The translations under genes were made by a program, and so were the position numbers. The notes below the pieces were generated by a model. The model ran no database searches, was not told the origin of the DNA, and saw only the letters and a list, made by a program, of their open reading frames with translations. A stretch of DNA of 64,000 nt. Origin: Candidatus Latescibacterota bacterium. Lineage in GTDB: Bacteria > Latescibacterota > UBA2968 > GCA-2709665. The stretch spans positions 3,456,001 to 3,520,000 of the forward strand of contig OZ241917.1 of NCBI GenBank assembly GCA_965203805.1, in the 5' to 3' direction. Position 1 is the first letter of the stretch. Each line of letters starts with the position of its first letter. Below are positions 57,555-64,000 of this stretch, in pieces.

Positions 57555-58400
57555 ATGGAACCGGCTGAAATCGCGCACCATATCAGGGAAAACGGCTACT
57601 GCATCGTTCAGGACGTCATCCCCTCGGGGGAAGTGGGCAGGATCCGCGACCGCGTTGTGCGTGCGCAGGCCGCCCAGGACGCCGCCCACCAGGCCAGGGA
57701 GAAGGCGACTCGAGCCAGGGGCCACCGGGTTGGAGCCCGCGGCGTGGGCGTGCTCAAGCAGGCGCTCAATGAAGACCAGTCTTTCGCACCGTACCTGGCC
57801 GACCCGCGGATCATCGGGACCCTCGAGATCATCTTCGGACCCTGGCTGCGGGTCTCCTGCACCGACGCCGTGGTGAACCACTCGGGGAACGAGCGCGGGT
57901 ACTGGCACGCGGACTGGCCGTTCAACCAGACGAACGCCTCCAATGTCCCGGCGCCCTACCCGGACGTGATGATGCACGCGTCGTCGCTGTGGATGCTGAC
58001 CGATTTCACCGCCGCAAACGGAGGGACGCTGCTGTTGCCGGGCACGCACCGGAAGGACCGCAATCCGGCGACGGGAGACCTGCCCGGCTTCGACAACGAG
58101 GCGCCCCAGCCGACCGAGATCAACGCGGTGGGCACGGCGGGGTCCGTGCTGCTCTACGACAGCCGGCAGTGGCACGCGGTTGCCCCCAACAGGAGCGGCA
58201 GCCCCAGGGTGGCCCTGATCGTGCGCTACGCTCCCTGGTGGCTGAACCTGAATCCCACGCACGTGGGCACGCCGGAGCACGAGATGATGGTGGTGGAGAC
58301 CGGCGGGAAGAACTACGAGATGGAGCCCCTCCGCCGCGACGTATACGACGGGCTTCCGGAGGACGTGAAGCCGCTCTTCCGGCACTTCGTGGCCAAATAA
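57555..58400 (+). CDS. PhyH family dioxygenase
   Basis: ENGYCIVQDVIP, WHADWPF, LPGTH, AGSVLLYDSRQWHA, PRVALIVRY. Confidence 0.88.
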   Translation: MEPAEIAHHIRENGYCIVQDVIPSGEVGRIRDRVVRAQAAQDAAHQAREKATRARGHRVGARGVGVLKQALNEDQSFAPYLADPRIIGTLEIIFGPWLRVSCTDAVVNHSGNERGYWHADWPFNQTNASNVPAPYPDVMMHASSLWMLTDFTAANGGTLLLPGTHRKDRNPATGDLPGFDNEAPQPTEINAVGTAGSVLLYDSRQWHAVAPNRSGSPRVALIVRYAPWWLNLNPTHVGTPEHEMMVVETGGKNYEMEPLRRDVYDGLPEDVKPLFRHFVAK

Positions 58401-58419
58401 AGCCACGGCAAACCCTGAC

Positions 58420-58470
58420 CGACCCTTCGGCAGGCTCAGGGCACCGCAAGCTCAGGGATCTACTCAGGAC
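58420..58470. repeat. CCCTTCG.CA.GCTCAGG-type palindromic repeat
   Basis: Related to the CCCTGAGCTTGTCGAAGGG module at about 3593-3611. Confidence 0.55.
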
Positions 58471-58662
58471 AACGCACACGGTGCTGGATTATGGACCGGA
58501 AACTGCTGCTTCGTCTAAATCAAAAGGATGATTCAGGCGGTCTATAGATGGTCCATATGCAGGATGATCCGGCCGGCAGCGCCATATCTCGAGCAACTTG
58601 CACCTCGCCTGGAAGGTCGGGATGGAGATCAGACGCACGAACTGAAACCGCGAGGAGGGATT

Positions 58663-58860
58663 ATGAGGTATAAAATCGCGCTTCACAAATCTGAAGAAGG
58701 CTATAGTGTCTCCGTACCCGGCCTGCCTGGTTGCTGGTCGCAGGGAGCCACAGAAGTTGACGCGATTGCAAACATCGAGGCGGCCATACGCGAGTATCTT
58801 GAAGTTGTTGACAAATTGCTGGACAATGTAGAAGTACGAGAAATCGAGCTGACGGTATAG
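58663..58860 (+). CDS. hicB: HicB antitoxin
   Basis: GGAGG RBS; SEEGYSVSVPGLPGCWSQGATE..AI.NI..AIREYL. Confidence 0.9.
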   Translation: MRYKIALHKSEEGYSVSVPGLPGCWSQGATEVDAIANIEAAIREYLEVVDKLLDNVEVREIELTV

Positions 58861-58861
58861 C

Positions 58862-59074
58862 ATGCCGAGACTGCCAGGAGTAAACCATTTGGATGCAGTC
58901 CGTGCATTAGAGAAAGCAGGATTTTACCTGGCACGCCAAAGCAAACACGTAGTTATGACAGATGGCGTGCGCATTCTGACAATCCCGCGAAACAACCCTG
59001 TGAATGCCTTTACGATGGGAGGAATCGTCAGGGACGCGGGATTATCTATTGAGGAATTTCGCAAGCTCTTGTGA
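58862..59074 (+). CDS. hicA: HicA toxin
   Basis: LPGVNHLDAVRALEKAGF..RQSKH...LTIPR...IVRDAGLS.EEF. Confidence 0.9.
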   Translation: MPRLPGVNHLDAVRALEKAGFYLARQSKHVVMTDGVRILTIPRNNPVNAFTMGGIVRDAGLSIEEFRKLL

Positions 59075-59289
59075 TGGCCAAACTTCGGTACTGAAAATTC
59101 CCTGCCATCGGCGGATCTTGCGGTCCACATTCGGCTGTAGACGTGGCCGACCGATCTCAATCTGACGATGCCGGGTTTTTCGCAGGGACGACTGGAAGGT
59201 CGGCATTACCCAAACGTAGAGGCGTTCGTTCAAGACACAACTTTGAAACAGGCGAAACGCTGATCTGACCGGATCAGGAGGCAACGCCC

Positions 59290-60033
59290 TTGGAATGGTT
59301 TGAAGACGAGTCGTTCTGGACCGCGACCTATCCGTTTCTTTTTTCGGAGGCGAGGTTTGAGGCCGCCGAGCAGCACCTTGACAACATCCTGGATCTGGTC
59401 GGCATCGAATCCGGTTCAGTACTCGACCTGTGTTGCGGCCCGGGCCGCAGCGCGATCCCCCTGGCGCAGCGCGGGTTTCAAGTCACCGCGGTAGACAGGA
59501 GCCCGTTTCTTCTGGGCAAAGCGAAGGCGAGGGCGGCGCACGAGAATCTGAACATTGAATGGATCGAGAGCGATATGCGGGAGTTCGAGCGTCCGGCTGC
59601 CTTCGATCTGGTCCTCAATCTCAACACCTCGTTTGGCTATTTCGATGAGAAGGACGAGGACGTCGGGGTGCTGCGAAAGATCTTCGTCAGCCTGAAGCCC
59701 GGCGGACGTCTCGTGATGGATCTCATGGGTAAGGAGAAGCTGGCGCGGATCTTCCAGCCGACGACGTCCGAGAAGCTTGAAGACGGTACCGTGCTGGTGC
59801 AGCGGCACGAGATCTTCGACGAATGGACCCGCATCAGGAATGAGTGGATCATTATCAAGGGTTCGGAGGTCCGCACGTTCGAGTTTCACCACACGATATA
59901 TTCCGGACAGGAACTGAAAGACAGATTGCTTGCCGTTGGATTTGGCGACGTGAAACTCTACGGGAGTTTCGAAGGGGAGGAATACGGCAGGGAATCCAAC
60001 CGGTTTGTAGCCGTCGCCGAAAGACCGCGATGA
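59290..60033 (+). CDS. Class I SAM-dependent methyltransferase
   Basis: VLDLCCGPGR, VTAVDRS, SDMR, TSFGYF, LKPGG. Confidence 0.9.
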   Translation: MEWFEDESFWTATYPFLFSEARFEAAEQHLDNILDLVGIESGSVLDLCCGPGRSAIPLAQRGFQVTAVDRSPFLLGKAKARAAHENLNIEWIESDMREFERPAAFDLVLNLNTSFGYFDEKDEDVGVLRKIFVSLKPGGRLVMDLMGKEKLARIFQPTTSEKLEDGTVLVQRHEIFDEWTRIRNEWIIIKGSEVRTFEFHHTIYSGQELKDRLLAVGFGDVKLYGSFEGEEYGRESNRFVAVAERPR

Positions 60034-60127
60034 CGGCTGTCCGATCGTCCGGAAGAACGCAACAACCCGGCGCAATGAAGCTTTGGACACGGCAAAGCGC
60101 TTGACCATCTGATGAACGAAAATCCAC

Positions 60128-60553
60128 ATGAACACACCTGACCCGATGTCAATCCGATACCAGAATACGCTTGAGGGGATCGGGTCCGACAATCTTGGGG
60201 GTCATTTCCAGGGTTGGCCGAACCCACCCTCGCCGGATGCGCATCTGAGGATTCTACAGGGCAGCGATTACCTTGTTGTGGCGTGCTCGCCGGAAGGCAA
60301 GGTCATCGGCTGGATTTCAGCCGTCTCGGATGGCGTGTCCTGCGCATATATTCCACATCTAAGCGTACTGCCGGCATACCAGGGCAAGGGCATTGGCGCC
60401 GAGCTTGTCAGGCGGATGCGCGAACAGGTTGGACACCTTTACATGATCGACCTTGTGTGCGACCGGGACGTGGCTGATTTCTACGTCAAGCAGGGTTTCT
60501 CGGAATGCGTGGGCATGGTCGTTCGCAATTTCGAGCGACAGAACTGCGAATAG
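60128..60553 (+). CDS. GNAT acetyltransferase
   Basis: SVLPAYQGKGIGAELV; FYVKQGF. Confidence 0.88.
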   Translation: MNTPDPMSIRYQNTLEGIGSDNLGGHFQGWPNPPSPDAHLRILQGSDYLVVACSPEGKVIGWISAVSDGVSCAYIPHLSVLPAYQGKGIGAELVRRMREQVGHLYMIDLVCDRDVADFYVKQGFSECVGMVVRNFERQNCE

Positions 60554-60560
60554 GGTTTCG

Positions 60561-61280
60561 ATGACGCCTCATTCCAGCGATGGGATATCCGAAGAAACGG
60601 CTCGGTACTACGCCGCGCGTGCTCCGGAATACGACCACAGCGCGGGATATCTGACGCTCGACGCGCATCCTTACCGCGCTGCGAAGAAGAAGCGATACCA
60701 GCAGCTGTTTCATGGCCACGACGTACTCGAGATTGCGTGTGGGACGGGATACTGGACGAACGCCCTGGCGGAAACCGCGATGTCGATTGTCGGCATTGAC
60801 GTCAACCCGGAAATGATCTCGCGTGCGCGCTCCAGGTGCGAACATCTCTCGCACGTGAACTTCCGTCTGGCTGACGCGTATTCCCTGGATCCCGCGGTCG
60901 GTACATTCACGGCAGCGTTCGCTGTGTGGTGGTGGTCCCACGTCCCCAGGTCCCGCCTGCGGCAGTTTCTGCAATCGCTTCACCGCAGGCTGATTCCCGG
61001 AGCATTTGTGCTGTTTTCGGACCAGCTTGAATATGAAATTCCCAGGGTTGATGGAATGGCCACACAAAGGCATGAGAATGCCAACGGCGATACCATCGAG
61101 CGGCGGGTTCTATCGGATGGGCGAGAGTACGATATCGTGAAGAATTTCCCGACGGAGCGGGAACTAGTTTCATCCGTGAGTGGCTTCGGATCGGACATTC
61201 AGTACCGGGAGTGGCCGGGAGAAAAGCATTGGGAGCTGACGTACAAGTCTGGCAAAACGCAAGATAGGGCAAAACCCTGA
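60561..61280 (+). CDS. Class I SAM-dependent methyltransferase
   Basis: YYAARAPEYD, VLEIACGTGYWT, WWSHVP, IVKNFP. Confidence 0.88.
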   Translation: MTPHSSDGISEETARYYAARAPEYDHSAGYLTLDAHPYRAAKKKRYQQLFHGHDVLEIACGTGYWTNALAETAMSIVGIDVNPEMISRARSRCEHLSHVNFRLADAYSLDPAVGTFTAAFAVWWWSHVPRSRLRQFLQSLHRRLIPGAFVLFSDQLEYEIPRVDGMATQRHENANGDTIERRVLSDGREYDIVKNFPTERELVSSVSGFGSDIQYREWPGEKHWELTYKSGKTQDRAKP

Positions 61281-61552
61281 ATAGCATCTACCAACTCCTC
61301 GAGTATTACGAGATCGCATTCTCTTTCCGCGATATTCCGCGGGAGGTAGACGTTCTGGAGGAGGCCGCCCGTCGCATTGCAGAGATCCCTGTCAAGACCT
61401 TTCTCGAGATCGGATGCGGCAACAGCCCCCTCAGGGAAGAGCTGGCAGGCAGAGGCTACGATTTCATAGGAATCGACACAAGTGACGAAATGCTCACGTA
61501 CTCGAAGGAGAAAGCCAGGAAACGGGGAGTTCACGCGCGGTTTGTGAAGGCG
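61277..61552 (+). pseudogene. Truncated class I methyltransferase (N-terminal half)
   Basis: The frame reads ...YYEIAFSFRDIPREVD...FLEIGCGNSP...GIDTSDEML...ARFVKA and then loses similarity. Only CTG is present at the expected start. Confidence 0.7.
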
Positions 61553-61622
61553 ATCAAGGAAGGCCGTTCTCTGCGGGCTCTGCGGGTAAAAAGAGACGGT
61601 ACAGATTTTGGAGGTCATCGCT

Positions 61623-63881
61623 ATGATCAAGCCAAGTCACGAGTGGGTACGGCGGGCGCGCACCTTTCAGATAGAGCAATACCACCCGCCCTTCTGGCCC
61701 GATATCGATTTTGACGCGAAGCAGCTCGTCGATGTCGTGCGGAAATACCACGCCAACGCTATCCGGTTCGGCAGCGCGGGCAAATGGGCGGTCTTCCCCA
61801 ATGAGTTCTTTCCCCCGCACCCTCAATTAGGTGAGCGCGACCTGCTCGCCGAGACCATCGCCGAGGCCCATGCGCGGGACGTGCGCGTCATCGGGTACAT
61901 TCCCGTGGGGCACATTATTCCCGAAGACAACATGCTGATCCATCATCCGGAGTGGATGTACCGCCCCAGCCCCGAAGGCGCCGCTCCTGTCCTGAGGCAC
62001 CACGGCGGCGGATTTCACCGGCACGTCTGCTTCAACACGCCGTACCGAGAGGCCATCTGCGCTTTCATCGCACAAGTGGTGGACCACGACGTCGACGCGA
62101 TCTACACCGATTCTGCCTGTCCTTACCATTCGCACCACACCCCGCAGTCGCCCTTGTGCTACTGCGACTATTGCCTCGAGAAGTTCGAGAGGCAATTCGG
62201 CTGCCCAATGCCGTATGCACCCGATCCGCACAGCCTGCCTCGGGAAGACCGGGAGATGCTGGAAGCGTGGAGCCTGCAGTACGGCAGGATCGTCGGCGAT
62301 GTCTTTCTCGAATTCGCCGCCGCGACGCGAAAGAAGAAGGACATCCCGGTGCTGACGCACGGCCTGGGTGTGGGCAACTGGCCCGAACGCAGGATCGTGG
62401 AAGTGCACGATGGATTCCTCTACGAGGCCGGGGGCGACTTCCTTCATCGGCTCGAGGCGGCCAGTCTGGCCGAGTCGTCGGGTTGGGCCATGTGGCAATA
62501 CGTCGGCGCATTGACGGGCTGGTCGCGGGCGCAGTGCTTCGGCATGGAACTCGTCGAGGAGGCCGCAGCCAGCTTTGCTTCCGGAGGGGGCGTCCTGGTG
62601 GCGTGCGGCGTGAACCTTTGGCTGTCGCCTCCCCATAAAGCCAATCGTGAGCTGGCGGCGCTCCTTGAGATCCTGGAGAGGAACGAATCACTCTTCGAAG
62701 ATCTCCACCCGTCACCGTTTGTTGCTATTCCGTTTGTTTTGCCGGTGCGGGTGTATGAGATGCTCGAGCGGTTGCGGTTCCGCGCCGAGCCCCTGGTGAT
62801 GCGCGATCGTCCGCGCGATGTCATCGGCCAGTCCAGGCAGGACCTCGCCGACCGTCCGGGGGAGCTCGAGGCCCCGCTCTCCGAGGCGGGCTATCTCGTG
62901 CGCACGCCCCCGCAGCAATCCTGCCGTCGCGGGGCCTTCTCGGCCATGCTGGCCAACCATTTGCCGACATCGGTGATCGAGGAGCGGGTTCTCTCCGATG
63001 CAGCGGCGTTGGCAAAGTATCCCGTTCTGCTTCTGCCCAACGTCGGCCATCTCACGCGGGAGGAAGTCGAAGGCATCACGGAATATGTGAAGGCGGGCGG
63101 GCGGCTCCTGGCGACGTACCGGACGAGCCTGTACGGCGCCGAGCCCGATGAGATGCGCGACAACTTCGCCCTGGCGGACCTTCTGGGCGTGGACCGCGTG
63201 GACCCGAACCCCGACCAATTCGCAGATTACGAACAACACCTCTGGGCCGCGGGGACGTTCGACACGTACGGTCGCTGCGTTCCGGGTCAATGGCTGGCCG
63301 AGAGGTGCTCGCATGAGCTGTGGCCGCTCAATCGGTTCGAGTTCGTCCAGGCCCGGCCGGGAACCGACGTGGTGGCGAACATCGTCTTCGGCGGGCGCGA
63401 GGACGACGCTCTGTCTCCCGCCGTCACCTGCCGGACGGTTGGCAAGGGCCGCGTCGTCTATCTGGCCGCGCCGGTGGAGGAGCTTCATTTCGAATATCGC
63501 CTGCTGGTGGTCCGCGATCTTCTGGGCGCCGTGGTGGATTGGCTCTACCCGGAGGGCCGGCCTCTGATGACCGACGGCCCGAACCAACTCGTGATGATTC
63601 CGAATGAGAAACCGGGAAGCCAGGTGTTGTTTCTGATCAATCACACCGGCGAGCGCGTCGAGCATCTGCCGGAGATCTGGCCGCGCTTCAGCCCACAGTT
63701 TGACTATGTGACCACGATACCCGAAGTGAACCTGCGCTGGCAGCTCACGGAGCGGGGCGCTCCTCGTCGCGTGTGGGACGTTTGCACGGGAGATGACCTG
63801 GAGGTCACGTTCGACGGAAACCACCTGGAAACCACATTAACGAACATCGGACAGTACGCGATGATTGCCGCTGAGTTCTGA
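61623..63881 (+). CDS. Putative glycoside hydrolase (GHL6/GH42-like TIM barrel + trimerisation/GATase-like domain)
   Basis: FDAKQLVD, HPQL..RDLLAE....AHARDVRV, HPEW, CFNTPY, CYCDYC...F, YPVLLLPN...GGRLLAT, GKGRVVY. Confidence 0.8.
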   Translation: MIKPSHEWVRRARTFQIEQYHPPFWPDIDFDAKQLVDVVRKYHANAIRFGSAGKWAVFPNEFFPPHPQLGERDLLAETIAEAHARDVRVIGYIPVGHIIPEDNMLIHHPEWMYRPSPEGAAPVLRHHGGGFHRHVCFNTPYREAICAFIAQVVDHDVDAIYTDSACPYHSHHTPQSPLCYCDYCLEKFERQFGCPMPYAPDPHSLPREDREMLEAWSLQYGRIVGDVFLEFAAATRKKKDIPVLTHGLGVGNWPERRIVEVHDGFLYEAGGDFLHRLEAASLAESSGWAMWQYVGALTGWSRAQCFGMELVEEAAASFASGGGVLVACGVNLWLSPPHKANRELAALLEILERNESLFEDLHPSPFVAIPFVLPVRVYEMLERLRFRAEPLVMRDRPRDVIGQSRQDLADRPGELEAPLSEAGYLVRTPPQQSCRRGAFSAMLANHLPTSVIEERVLSDAAALAKYPVLLLPNVGHLTREEVEGITEYVKAGGRLLATYRTSLYGAEPDEMRDNFALADLLGVDRVDPNPDQFADYEQHLWAAGTFDTYGRCVPGQWLAERCSHELWPLNRFEFVQARPGTDVVANIVFGGREDDALSPAVTCRTVGKGRVVYLAAPVEELHFEYRLLVVRDLLGAVVDWLYPEGRPLMTDGPNQLVMIPNEKPGSQVLFLINHTGERVEHLPEIWPRFSPQFDYVTTIPEVNLRWQLTERGAPRRVWDVCTGDDLEVTFDGNHLETTLTNIGQYAMIAAEF

Positions 63882-64000
63882 TTGAATCATCGACCTGGCC
63901 AGGCTGTTATGCCAACGTCCTTCCCGGAAGCGGAACGTAAGGCGCACCACAAAGGCACAGAGGTCAAATTCTGGAGTAGAGGGGCAGTCGAATGCCTTCT

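Noticed and set aside
56535-58406. 623-aa minus-strand ORF, and similar long antisense ORFs (1068-2090, 10239-11408, 42057-43301, 43900-45189, 51016-52209, 62712-63824)
   Set aside because: These are shadow frames opposite well-supported genes in GC-rich DNA and have no recognisable motifs.
53400-61550. Integron or prophage/ICE
   Set aside because: No integrase, attC sites, phage genes or flanking att repeats were identified.

Overview
GC-rich bacterial chromosome segment with about 55 genes. It contains no rRNA, tRNA, CRISPR, transposase or integrase that I could recognise. Gene content includes Gfo/Idh/MocA oxidoreductases, mandelate-racemase enolases, a DHDPS-family lyase, UxuA, three PhyH dioxygenases, sialidase/GH-like proteins, GPP34 and several TA modules. 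That content, together with dense mosaics of intergenic palindromic repeats, resembles marine or sponge-associated diderms such as Latescibacterota, Poribacteria or Gemmatimonadota (inference only). Most notable: (1) a tandem array of four lipoproteins (20.4-27.4 kb) that share a ~130-aa N-terminal module fused to either of two solute-binding domains, have no permease or ATPase nearby, and leave a visible orphan C-terminal relic indicating domain replacement; (2) a porin / Tat-SBP / HAMP-only membrane protein / OFA-MFS operon; (3) an NCS2 permease fused to a degenerate RsbW-like domain next to a Tsx-like channel; (4) an orphan RamA/RamB-like lanthipeptide exporter pair with a secreted TPR protein; (5) a lower-GC DUF2188 + NDT/TIR-like gene pair that is a candidate anti-phage system; (6) nested repeats, including a 31-33-bp CCTGCCTG...CAGGCAGG mini-element seen at both filled and empty sites. 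All family assignments come from motif recognition by eye, without database searches.
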